This document shows, piece after piece, positions 37,206 to 49,532 of a DNA stretch of 64,000 nt (the first letter of the stretch is position 1; each line of letters starts with the position of its first letter). The stretch is from Octopus sinensis (taxonomy: Eukaryota), in assembly GCF_006345805.1 (NCBI RefSeq), contig NC_043001.1, positions 79,918,001 through 79,982,000 of the forward strand, given 5' to 3'. The translations under genes were made by a program, and so were the position numbers. A model generated the notes under the pieces. It had not been told where the DNA came from. It worked only from the letters and a program-made list of their open reading frames with translations, and searched no databases.

Positions 37206-37879
37206 AAAGTAATGTTATAGTTTATATTAATGGAAAGCATTACGATGCAGAACGGCATGTCCAATAGTTCAATGACGGCATCCATTGACCAGCTTGGTGC
37301 ACATTCACATAAACGCTCCATAAGGGTGAAGCGACATGGCATCGTGGTTTTGGTTTCTATTTCTGGATCCAGTGATAGGTTGTGCTCTTGAGCAAAACAC
37401 TTCATTTCACGTTGTTACGGTCCCCTCGGCAGTAAGTGAGTAATCCTCGACAAAATAGAGTCCAGTTTAGAGAGAGTGTCGTTATCTTGATTACTTATAC
37501 GCTATAGGCCTGCTCGCCGAACTCGAGATAGCATCATCTGAAATTTACAATAACGCTAGGAAGCGCATTGTGACTGGCGATGTATAACGGTATCATAAAG
37601 TCTTATTGATGCATTTGTAGTGACTCTACAAGGATGCATTTTCTACCAAGACAATTACTGCAGCGAAAATGTTTCCACGCTTAACCCCTTTGCCTTCACA
37701 TTATTGTAATGCTTATATATTCACATTGTTTCAAATCAATTATGTTTTATCTCATAGCTTCAAGATTTTGATGATGTGATTGCTTGCTTTTAGAATTACA
37801 GGTTGAATACATCTGGCCAGTTTGAAAATAAAACGGATCAAATATTCGAACCATATATTACTTTACATTTACTTTACTT

Positions 37880-38062
37880 TTACTTTTATTTGTCTCAGTC
37901 ATTTGACTGTGGCCATGCTGCAGCACCGTTTTTAATCGAGCAAATCGACCGCAGGACTTATTCTATAGGTCTCTCTTGCCGAACCTCTAATTGACGGGAC
38001 GTAAACATACCAGCATCGGTTGTCAAGTGTTGTTGGGGGGACAAACACAGTCACCCATGCAT

Positions 38063-38122
<60 letters not shown>

Positions 38123-38285
38123 GACGGGTTTCTTTCAGTTTCCGTCTACCAAATCCACTCACAAGGCTTTGGTCGACTCGAGGCTATAGTAGAAGACACT
38201 TGGCCAAGGTGCCAAGCAGTGTGACCGAACCTGCAACAATGTGGTTGGTAAGCAAGCTACTTACTACGCAGCCACTCCTGCGCCT
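37880..38285 (-). mobile_element. Full-length SINE family A with internal (CA)n(TA)n
   Basis: Head, CORE-like ccttggccaagtgtcttctactata, microsatellite and tail are all present. Confidence 0.9.
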
Positions 38286-38389
38286 ATGGCCTCTTTCAAT
38301 GCTGAATAATTAAAGGTATTTGAACTAGCCAAATATAAATGTAAACGGCTTTTAGCTTTTTACTTAATATTGGTTTCAGCTTGTGGCAG

Positions 38390-38575
38390 AAGGCCAGATT
38401 CTCGTGGGAGGGATAAGTCGATTACCCCCGTGCTCAACTCGTACTTATTTCATGGACTCCGAAAGGATGAAAGACAAAGTTGACATCGGTGGAATTTGAA
38501 CTCGGGACATAAAGATGGAGAAAAAGCCGCTAAGCATTTTACCCGGCGTGCTGATGCTTCTGCCATCTCACCGCC
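38390..38575 (-). mobile_element. SINE family E
   Basis: ccgaaaggatgaaagacaaagttgac..cggtggaatttgaactc...gccgctaagcattt. Confidence 0.8.
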
Positions 38576-39224
38576 ATTGTTTTTACTAATATTATTTTCA
38601 AATTTTTCCCACCAAAATATTAAAAGCAGTCTCCGGACATTTGTCGGTCTTTATTTTGTCCTCATCAGCACAGCTTCAACTTTAATGATTTTGCAGTAGT
38701 TTTCAGAGAAAAATTAGGTGTATAGTACTGTATATTTATTAGTACAGAAAAATATAATTATTCTATAGTGAATTCGTTACCTCTTTTCGTACTATCGAAC
38801 ATCTTAAATATTTTGTTTACTTGGAGTTCTAAACTACTTCCGGCAAAATATGAATGGAATGTATGAGTCATAACAATAGACAAAAGAGCTCTAAACCAGT
38901 AGTTTATCTGCCAATCACTTAACATAAAGTCGGAATGCATATATTTAAAGAAATGCAAATGTTTTAAATATGTGAATATTATTTCATATTTTGAGAAAGC
39001 TGTCAGTATTTTTTCTTTCCCTTATAGCTACAAGCTTTTTCTGTATATTTTAATAATTAGGTGTCTGTAACGTTATAGTTCTATGCAAATACCCATAGAT
39101 TTACACATGCGCACACACGGTCACTCACCATCCCTGTCATCATCATCATTGTCCTCTTCATCATCATCGTCGTCATCGTCGTCGCTGTCATCAGCATCCT
39201 CTCTCCTTTACGCACACGCACACG

Positions 39225-39272
<48 letters not shown>

Positions 39273-40331
39273 GTCTCGATTACTACGACCAGCTCTACTG
39301 TGTACCTTTGAATACTATGCGTAACTGTTACAAGTGAAATAACTGGTGCCATGATTATATAATTGTGTTGTACTTAAACTCTGAAACTTACGTTAGCAAT
39401 AAGACTCTGCTGTTTCATAACATTACGTTGTACATTTAAAGCCATCACTTTCTTTTTATTCGCTTTTTACATTCGGTAATTATGATATATCATCTGGAGG
39501 CGGCAATAATTTTAATAAATCACGAATTTATGTTGTATCGTATATGATATTGCTGTATTTGCCCTATGTTGTTCAAATACAAGCTACTAGCCACTTGAGA
39601 TGTTTCACTCAGCTCATTATTGCTTAAATTATGCAAATCATCAACGCCATTAATGTGATCCACTCCTTTTTGTATAAGACTAACGGCTGTTGAAGCAGAA
39701 ACACATGTACACAAGTGCCATTTCACCTCTCAACAGGAAGCATGTCAACTTTGGAGAATTCTTGAATCTTTGGGTTGTCTGTCAAGTGGAGATGGTCCTA
39801 AGTGTCATTCGGTGATTAGGACACATCTTCTGAAAGCGGAGATAATTTTTATAAAATAGGAATATCTATTTTGTAAAGTATTTGATATGCTTGTATTTGC
39901 CTCTATTTGATGACATTTTTTGTTCTGGGTTTAAACAACAACTGAAAGTAGCGGAGACCTTTATCTCTACACCATTGACCCCAAGCATGTAAATTTTGAA
40001 GATCCTTAAACAATGATCATTAGAGAGAAATGAAATATATATGTGCGTGCGTATGCCTGTATGTAATTGTGCATGTATGCATGTTTTATGTATGTACGTA
40101 TGTATGTGTGTACTCGGGATCTCTTAACGACAATCTAACCTGCATTTAACTAAGTATTTTCGGCCTCATGCGAGCTAGTGACTACCCCTCGTTGGGTAAT
40201 TATCACTTTCGAGGTTCTGCCAGCTATGAAACCTATGTAGCCTGGATTTAAAAACTTTTATCTATCTAGCTGTATGTCTGTCTATCTATCCATCTAACCG
40301 ACTAGCTATCTTTCTATGTATCCATCTATCC

Positions 40332-40562
40332 CAGTCTTTCTCAACTTTTTTTACCCTTGTGTAATCCGTAGAATAAACTACATGTCTCAAGGAACCCCTG
40401 AACAAAAAGTTATATATCATATCTTTCTCATAGTTTTTCATCGTAGTTCACGTGGTAAATATCATATGTGTGTGTCTGTTACGATCATGAAATTAGCATT
40501 AACTTATCTCACTCGTTCCCGTGAACTCTAGGGTTCCGGGGAACCCCGGTTGAGAAACGTTG
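40332..40562. mobile_element. hAT (Charlie-like) MITE
   Basis: TIRs cagtctttctcaac / gttgagaaacgttg. Flanking 8-mers atctatcc / atctatct (within a TATC repeat, so weak TSD evidence). Confidence 0.65.
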
Positions 40563-41455
40563 ATCTATCTATTTATCTAACAGTTAGCCCATCTATTAAA
40601 CATTCTTCTTGTCTATCTGTTTATCTATCTATTTATCTATCTATCTATTTATATATCTGTGGATGAAGTGAATGCCAAATAGGAGAAAAAAAACGAGCGA
40701 ATTTCTCTGACAACCCAGTGCCTCAGACAATATACACACTGAGTCTTAATTTAACAGACAAATCTACCGCCAGACAGCTGAAATGTTTTCATGTCTGGAG
40801 TGTTGTGTATATTGAACAATTGAAAAACATTCCCATTGAACCAAACAATGAAAAATGATAAAATTGATTGAATACAGACGGGACTACGAAATTAAAACAA
40901 CAACAATAACAGTAACAACAATAAGAAATAATACTTCAGCAAACAATTTAACGTTTGTGCATCGCTGCGAAATTAATCCTTCGTTTGATGTCAGCCAGTC
41001 AGTGAGTTTTCTAACCGTCTTCAACCAGCGTCTCCAGAATTACACCTCCATGCATTAATCAGTAGAAAACAAAAACACCTCAACAAACAATTAGCACTTA
41101 ATTAATTCAATGAACTAATTTTAAAAATTATTTCTAAAATATTTTTTGTTGATATTTTTTTACTACTGTGTTTGTGTGTATCTGTGTGTATTTTGTTTTT
41201 GTGTTGTTATATTTTTATTTTATTATCACGTCCTTGTTGTTTTAATTTTCCAAGCGTTCGAAATACTAATTGGTTAAATCATCAAAGTTAAAAAAAAAGA
41301 AAAAAAAGAAAGAACATTTGTTTATTCATCGAACCTCAAAACAAAGAGAGTCCATAACCAGGCCAACCCATCCATTGCAGAAGTATTTTTTAAATTATAC
41401 AAAACAAATCAATTAAATATATATATATATAAAACGTCATATCCAGGAGTGATTA

Positions 41456-41503
<48 letters not shown>

Positions 41504-41809
41504 TATTGTTTTAATGCCTTATTATCTAACACCGGCTCGATTTTCACTTATTTATTATTTATATTTTTCATTCTAAAATTCTCGGTGTATTCGCAACCTT
41601 GTCAATGAATGTTGCCAAGGTTTGAAAAGCCAAGAAAATTTTGAAAGAAAACATAAATAATAAATCAGTGGAAATCGAACCGGTGAGTGTGTTAGATAAT
41701 AAAGCATTAAGATAATATCACTCTCCTCAGACACAAAAATATTTGCTTCAACACACGGATTCACGTAAAGTATCTTGCAAACCAGATACAAAAAAAGAAG
41801 TATATATAT

Positions 41810-41900
<91 letters not shown>

Positions 41901-42367
41901 CAGTTGCGTGTTAAGAATACCGTGAACAACACTTTTTGACTTGTTAACAATCTTTGCAATAGACCCAATACTTAAATTATCCTTCTTTCGAAGCTTAATA
42001 ATCTGCTGACGAATTGGTAACGGAGTAAGTGGCATTATATTAACAAAGTACACTGCAGATATTCTTACTAATGTTTAGTAAACGAACCATCACGTAAACA
42101 AATTCAAAACATTAGAGTTCGCCGATTGAATATACTAAAACACGGAGTAAAAGCAACCGTTCTGATCATTTTGGCCGCCATGGGTTTAGCATTAAATCAC
42201 TAAATCATCCATAACTTTTGTATTATCCTCTCAAATTACACCAAAATCTCAGACAATAACAATTAATATTGCATTTGTTGTGTGAGAATATAAAACAAGT
42301 TTGATAAAAACTTATACCTACTTTTCTGGCGAAAACAATGCCGTTCTGAACATTTTGACCGTAACTG
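41901..42367 (-). mobile_element. Internally deleted Tc1 element (5' TIR with inner direct repeat plus HTH start), in (TA)n
   Basis: TA|cagttacggtcaaaatgttcagaacgg; inner repeat at 42157-42178; MPLTPLPIRQQIIKLRKKDNLSIGSIAKIVNKSKSVVHGIL; left end TA|cagttgcg. Confidence 0.8.
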
Positions 42368-42409
42368 TATATATATATATATTTCAAAATGTGACCTCGT
42401 GTATACCGT

Positions 42410-42590
42410 TAGGGATTTTTTTCCTCTGTCTTCTCTTCTCTGGATCTTTCCTTCTATGTTTCCGAGGAAGAGCTCCGCTCGAAACGTTAAACCCTCCTTC
42501 TTCCCTTCTTTCCCGAGCGTCCAATATTACTATATTTGTTCCACGTCCTCGCGTTGTTGTGTTTTTTGTGTTTTCTTGTTTGGATTAACT
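42410..42590 (+). mobile_element. PLE-type repeat with hammerhead motif
   Basis: Homologous to the reverse complement of 29040-29220. Confidence 0.75.
42458..42492 (+). ncRNA. Minimal hammerhead motif, U4C core (CCGAGGA)
   Basis: GTTT CCGAGGA a GAGC tcc GCTC GAAAC GT T AAAC. Confidence 0.6.
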
Positions 42591-42656
42591 TGAAACTATA
42601 AATTAAATTTGTATTAATCCTTAATACAAACATACATACAGATATACATACATTCG

Positions 42657-42689
<33 letters not shown>

Positions 42690-43288
42690 ATGTGTGTATG
42701 TGTGTGTGCCTGTGTGCATGTGAGTGTTTACATATACAAGTGTGTGTCATTGTATTTGAGTTTGGCATCCACTATAGTTTGATAACTGGTGTTGATTTAT
42801 GTGCGAAACCTTAATCTAGCAGCTCGGTAAAAGAGACGACAAAAATTACCACCGGGCCTACAATCAAGTAACGAGATTGTTTATCGTGACTACATTCCTG
42901 AAGACTGTGTCTGATCCTGTCGTCAGTCCAATGACTAAAGCAAGTGAACGGTCAATAACATTTATTTTAAGTATAAGCACACGCGTACGCGCCACACACA
43001 TAAGCATACACACATATGGAATGTAACCATTATGTACAAACACATGCATGCAGACCATATACATACAAACTCACACACACAAACATATACACTTGTGGAA
43101 TGTAACCGTTATATATAAACACACGCATACACAACATACATACAAACTCACAAACATACATATGCACAAAAATTCACACATGTGGAATGTAACCCTCATT
43201 AAGTTCTAAGATAACAAAATAGATAGCAGATAGTAGGATAGGTAGGGAGGACGATAAGAGAGAGTAAAATAAAATAAAAACAGATTTT

Positions 43289-43368
43289 TACATTATTTAC
43301 ATTATTTACATTTGACAGATATTTTTCCTTATCTTGTTTGTTGTTAACACAACGTTTCGGCCTTCATC
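43289..43368 (-). mobile_element. 3' tail module with the 3' part of a hammerhead and a (TGTAAATAA)n end
   Basis: Minus strand: GATGA aGGCC GAAAC GT T GTGTT aacaacaaacaag...gtcaaatgtaaataatgtaaataatgta. Confidence 0.65.
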
Positions 43369-43452
43369 AAATCTGTGGTATTGAGCAGAATATTTGCTGT
43401 AGCCCATCTTTATTATCATTATTATCATTATTATTATTATTATTATTATTAA

Positions 43453-43484
<32 letters not shown>

Positions 43485-43504
43485 TATTATTATTATCATC
43501 ATCA

Positions 43505-43571
<67 letters not shown>

Positions 43572-43578
43572 CATTATT

Positions 43579-44063
43579 GAGTGAGAGAGCAGTTCATGCC
43601 ATCAAAGTGACACTGGTGTAAAATATACGAAGCCCAGTATACCCATCATGACTACCCGTCTGTGCGCGACATGGTGATCTCATATCAAGATAAACAGCAC
43701 ATGACCTTGCAGGTGGGGCCCAGTTAGAAATTTCTTCAGGTTGAGTAGCCCATCCCGCTCAAAAGGTCCCTGAATAAGGGTTGTTTAAGGATGTTGAACG
43801 AAACACCCATGTTTCCAGAGGTGAATTATTCAAACCCTGAATAATCCCTCTCAGCACATGGCCATGATGCTCCCCCACTACTTCTGCTCGTGATCAGAGA
43901 TGCACATATCGTCAGCCACTAAGGGACATGCTCAACTGGTTAAGGTCAAACAACTGACAAGCAAATCTGTGGTATTGAGCAGAATATTTGCTGTAGCCCA
44001 TCTTTTATACCAAGACAAAACAATGTACATGATAACACTTCCAATCAGTTAAGATCAGAATCC
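43579..44063 (-). mobile_element. Second copy of the (AAT)n-flanked about 520-bp element (about 37-bp internal deletion)
   Basis: Reverse complement of 11380-11898; a 43-bp piece is repeated at 43369-43411. Confidence 0.85.
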
Positions 44064-44084
44064 ATTTATTATTATTATTATTAC

Positions 44085-44133
<49 letters not shown>

Positions 44134-44185
44134 GTGCAGGTCACTGCTTGGAATCGAACTCGGAATATTCGGGTTATATGTATGT

Positions 44186-44404
44186 GGGCATATGGCGTAG
44201 AGGTTAAGAGCGCAGGCTACAAAAGCCAAGATTCCAAGTTCGATTCCAAGCAGTGACCTGAATAATAATAATAATAATGATAATAACAACAACAACAACA
44301 ACAACACTGAAAAATGCCTTAGGAATAAGAACCCAGATTCGAAATTTCCCCGAGACACCTAATGAAGGCTGGAGGTCAAATATACGTCAATTGTAAATAA
44401 TGTA
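44186..44404 (+). mobile_element. tRNA-headed SINE: head, (AAT/AAC)n, tail with the 5' part of a hammerhead
   Basis: A box tggcgtagaggttaagagc, B box gttcgattcc, GACAC CTAATGA aGGCTGG, then caaatatacgtcaattgtaaataatgta (homologous to the 43289-43325 minus-strand tail). An inverted partial head lies at 44137-44176. Confidence 0.75.
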
Positions 44405-44409
44405 CTTAA

Positions 44410-45512
44410 TTACTCATCTCTTAAATATAGAACTGACAAAATAATTTTATCGTATGCACAGCATTGTTCGGGAAAAATTTTAGGCTCATGTTCATTCAGA
44501 AATGCAAGCAAGTCTGTGATGTCATAATTTGTCTCTCTTGCTATGTCTCTTGAAATCAAATCGCAAATTTGACGGTTTGCTTTTGGCAGTCCAGAGGCAG
44601 ATTCTTGCAAGATTTTTGTCTCCCATGGCCAAGACTTGATCCTCAATTACAGCCAGTGGTTGGTTAAAAATTGTTTCAAAGAAATGAAGATTGATATCTG
44701 GGTTTGCCTATTGAACTGCATCCTTTGAGTCCTTGGCCATGTACTCACTATGTTTCATATATTTTTGTAAAAGAAATATATGTTTCATTCAAAGCTGTAG
44801 GGGACTGCTACGTTGACGCATGTTCAATATAATTACAAAAAAAAAGGTTACTGAGTTTCCTTGGAGAATCTGGTACTGATGCTTCAACCAATACAAGTTC
44901 CCAATGCTCATCATTTTCTAAAAACGCTTGTTGATATCATACTTCCCTATAAGTTTTACACACATGACCATTTTCCCTCCTCGAAACTTGGAATGATTTG
45001 TGAATGCGTACTTCATTTAAAAGAAGCCGTAAGTAGTAGCATTCTGATTGGCTTGGGTCGATACTCTAAACTCTTGCAAGACATTCAGCCCCATGCTTCT
45101 TCTTGGGCCATTCATTGTTTCTCCATGTGTAATACTTGGGTAATTGTGGGTTGAAGAATTTTCTTGGATCTTCATCTACATTACACAACTTTAAAAAGGC
45201 AGTAAGGGTAGTTTCTGTTGGAGAAAGTGCTTGTTGCAAGACTGTTTGCTTTGTAACCCTGTGGTCACTCTGTAGATAGACACTCAGATGAATGATAGCT
45301 GGGTGTCCTTCGTGCACGGAAAAATTGAAGATGCGCCAAAAAGCCTCATTGGTACTGATGTATCTTCCTCTGTAAAACTGGGCATCTTCGTCATTTTTAT
45401 TTATTTGCTGACTGCCATTCTGCAAAGGAGTATATGCTACAGCATCTAAACCTTTGTTAATATATTTGCAAACATAATTTAATAGAGTTAACGGAGATGC
45501 AGTATTCAGCAT
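44410..45512 (-). mobile_element. Decayed Helitron Rep-helicase fragment
   Basis: NYVCKYINKGLD...DEDAQFYRGRYISTNEAFWRIFNFSVHEGHPAIIHLSVYL (Rep C-terminus) and SGLPKANRQ...DIARETNYD...EQCCAYDKIILSV (pre-helicase region). Confidence 0.9.
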
Positions 45513-46029
45513 TATCTCTGGCTACCAGTACTCTTTTTGCTTCACTGTAGAATACTGATCATCTACATCTACCCCCGACTCTTCTTGTAGAGAGTAGGAA
45601 CTTTGTTCTCGGAATCTTCTTCGAAAATTAAAATGGAGATTAAATGAATAAAATGAGTTACGCGAATAGAATATCTTCACAAGAATGATTGAAAAAAAAT
45701 GACGATTGTGGAACGCCCCACGCACGCGCACACACACATAGGCAGAAATATATACATACAGTATCAAAATTCAGATGAAATGGAGGTGTGCATATGGAAA
45801 AGAAAGAAGGGAAGACCAAATGAAAATTCTAATTGTAAGAACTACACACAACAAAATTAGTGATAATAAGATGGAAATAAGAGAAAATAAGCATGGGAAT
45901 ATAATGACCAAGAAAGGAACGCACTACAAAATAAATAGGAATAATATAGGACAAAATAACAGGAAACAAATATAATAAGCAAACCAAATATATATAGCAA
46001 GGAACTAATAAGATTTAAAGATAAGGGAA

Positions 46030-47240
46030 TAGAAGGAATGTCTACAGCACAACACAGTATAAAAGATATTAATGATAACTGTGAATACTTAAACGAAAAC
46101 CTAAATAAAAGGAGAAAATACAACTGGGTAGTAAGTGAGATTCTAAACAATAATATCCATAAGAGCTATGAAAAACATTGCACCCCGTGCATAAATGTAA
46201 TTAACCTACGAAAGGATCACTGTTAAAGAAACTACTATGACGATGATATAGTATGGCTCATAATTCCGTTTGCGAAGCGAATAAAAACCAGCATGCTGAA
46301 ATTATTCTATAAAGTCTCTAAGCATTTTTCAGAGGAAATCAAATATCATGAAGTTATTAGCATATGCAAATTAAGGGAAGGTTTCTGCGCTTCGAAAGAC
46401 ATTGCGCAAATTATATCTGCACCAAATAATAAAAAAATAAATGACCTCTATAAGAATAGGAATAAGGACAAGACGAACGATTCGATTAATGACCAAAACG
46501 ACAATAAAATAATCGATAATATGAAATACACAACCAACAAAAACAAGGAAGTATCCCTGAGTAACTTCCCTCTTAGAGCGAAGAATATAAACTAACAACC
46601 TACGATGAAGAGGAAGAATAAATGAAATGATAACAATATAATTGATGCGGATACATATAACCGCAGCAACGAGCACGAAGTATGTGGAAATTTAGACATT
46701 GAGACAAATAAGGAACAGAAGGAGCAAGGAGATAAACCACTACTTAAGGCCCAAAACGCAGGAAATGTACATAGCGCAAATAACCCACATAACGAGGAAA
46801 ATAGGCTCAGCATTGTTAATAGGGGAACAACGGGAGGAATTGAAAATAAAAATTGTGATTGCAAAATTAAAAAACCGATGTACATTAAAATTTTTTTGTA
46901 AATGAAAAGGTATAATAAATGGGTGTGAGATAATATCTGACAAAATTACTACGATATTGGCGTTACGGAAAACTACATAAAAAGAAGGATAGCCAACCAT
47001 GAAAACACATTTATAGACAAGAGGAAAATAGCTAGCACTAGCCTAAGTAAATTGAGTTAAAAGAAAAAATAAGGACTATACGCTGAAGTGGGAAATAATT
47101 AGTGATGCAAAGTCATATGGCACTGGGGACAATAGCTGTTGCATAGAGGAAGTCTTCCATGCCATCACATGCAAGCATGGATTGATCAACAATAAGAAAG
47201 AGAATGTTCTTGCCCATACACAATTATTGAGTGTAATTAA
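46030..47240 (+). mobile_element. Decayed Penelope-like element: thumb/linker plus GIY-YIG endonuclease
   Basis: IVWLIIPFAKRIKT..KHFSEEIKYHEV...IAQIISA.NNKKI (WFNPPF..KHF..KYH..I.HNKKI pattern); IGVTENYIKRRIANHENTF..STSLSK..LKWEIISDAKSY..CCIEE. Confidence 0.85.
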
Positions 47241-47288
47241 AATAAAATAAAGGTAATAGTAAATTAGATATACACTATTCAGTTATGC

Positions 47289-47590
<302 letters not shown>

Positions 47591-47797
47591 GCTAGAGGCA
47601 AGATGTGAATAAACCAATAGCTAAAATAAATCATTAATTAATAACAATCACTCTGGAATAATACAAAATGTAACCCTTAAGATTAGCTGACATACCTGAA
47701 TTAAGATATTAATAATTGTATTAAGTAATTATAGGACATAGCGACCAAATTTTTAATAGAAATACATGTGTATGTATGTATATATGTATATATATAT

Positions 47798-47835
<38 letters not shown>

Positions 47836-48788
47836 CGTATATATATGTATGTATATATATATGTGTGTGTGTGTGTGAAGTTATGTATATGTGTGTGCAT
47901 GTATGTGTGCTCTGTACACATAAATAGATAATATGTGAGGGTATGTGTGTGTATATATATATTAAAATAATGTTGAATAAATTCTATATAAGTAAACACT
48001 CCATGAAAAAATTAATTTATTAAATATACGAAGGAACAAAACTTATTACGAAATGTACACTCACCAATAAAAAGAAAACCACTACTTAAAATCTAGCCCT
48101 GTACACGTGATACATAGAAAATCATACTTCTATTGAAATAGATACTATTAGTAAGAAAACGTATTAACTCTAAACACTAACAAAATGAATAAACCTAGAA
48201 ATTTAAGAAATATTGAATTATAAAAAATATAATCAAATGAAAATTCCCTAAATTTTATTACAAATATAGATAGAAATAATATAATTAGATTTGGATACTA
48301 AAAATTAAATAAATATACAAAGAGTGTTTTTTTTAGGGTTTTTTCCTTTGGCTAGTAGCTACAGAGTAAAATAACTACCAGGCTCTAAATACCAGTATCA
48401 ATTGCTTTCGTGGGTATGATAGTATTTGACCGAAATTATCCAAGATGGCAGCTAGCCATTGTCTTGCTATTTCAGAACAGAACTCCAAAGACAAATAACC
48501 TGACACACACAAACACATAGGGAAAGAAAAGAAGACACATACGACAATTAAGCTTAGAGACGAACATTTTTACACACTCACACACACACACAGAGAGAAA
48601 AAATCGTATGGTGCTATCTTACTATATAATTACCACTCAGTCTATTCGGATGCAAAGAGGAATATGTCGATTTTGGCCCTGAAGAGATCTCTGCCTTCTG
48701 AACGCCAGCTGGCTATTGACACACTATCTGTAACCTATCAGTATTTGCAAAGGGAAGCCATCCTTCCCATCTCCAACCTGACGTTATA

Positions 48789-48833
48789 CCCACGGACTCG
48801 AGTTTCTGGGTATTGACCCGTCGTCAGCGTGTG
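48789..48833 (-). ncRNA. Minimal type-I hammerhead, intact core and GUC triplet
   Basis: CACACG CTGACGA cGGGT caat ACCCa GAAAC tcga GTC CGTGGG. Confidence 0.8.
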
Positions 48834-48900
48834 ACAATTACCGGTTGTCAGGATATATATTTGTATTCGGAACCACTTCTCATCGACAACCGGTGATTGT

Positions 48901-48945
48901 CACACGCTGATGACGGGTCAATACCCAGAAACTCGAGCCCGTGTG
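48901..48945 (+). ncRNA. Minimal type-I hammerhead, triplet mutated (GCC)
   Basis: CACACG CTGATGA cGGGT caat ACCCa GAAAC tcga GCC CGTGTG. Confidence 0.7.
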
Positions 48946-49178
48946 TATCATGTCACGTTGGAGATGGGAAGGATGGTTTCCCTTTGCAAATACTGATAGG
49001 GCACAAATAGTGTTTCAATAGCCAGCTGGAGGAGGTGTCCTCCTGGGTCTACAAGCTACAGTAGCATCCACCCTTATGGGTTAACCAAGTTTAGGTGGCG
49101 AATATACTTCACGATGTCGTTCAGCTACTGTTTATACCTCGCTCAGAGATTTATTATTACTTATATATATATAAATTA

Positions 49179-49410
49179 GAGAAAAAACGCTATTATGCAA
49201 TTCAAACAATGATAGACATAAATCAAATCATAAATAGAAAATAAAAAATATTTTTAAAAACATATAACTATGACTTGTTTTATGTCTATCAGTGTTTGAA
49301 TTGCATAATAGTGGTTTTTCTCAAATTTATATATTATATATTTATATTGTGAAATTTGTTTTAATACTAAATTGAATTTTCCCCTGTAAGATTTGAGTTA
49401 TACTCCCTAT
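49179..49410 (-). mobile_element. Third copy of the PLE-type terminal repeat, with a 45-bp inverted duplication
   Basis: Arms at about 49179-49224 and 49279-49322; the reverse complement of 49360-49410 resembles 9776-9830. Confidence 0.65.
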
Positions 49411-49484
49411 TATTATTATCATCATCATCATCATCATGCTCATCATCATCATCATGATCATCATTATTATTATTATTATTATTA

Positions 49485-49532
<48 letters not shown>

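Larger units (their letters stand above)
48705..49029. repeat. Inverted repeat with arms of about 145 bp and a 35-nt spacer; each arm carries a hammerhead
   Basis: Arms at 48705-48849 and 48885-49029. Confidence 0.95.

Noticed and set aside
39520-39726. Non-repetitive ORFs as host exons (also 374-667, 6885-7097, 57418-57655)
   Set aside because: No recognisable domain, stops in neighbouring frames and no convincing splice context; host exons cannot be excluded without RNA-seq.
43010-43196. Three spaced cac.t.tggaatgtaacc repeats (superficially CRISPR-like)
   Set aside because: Eukaryotic context, the spacers are mutually similar CA-rich sequence and there are no cas genes; this is an imperfect minisatellite of about 80 bp.
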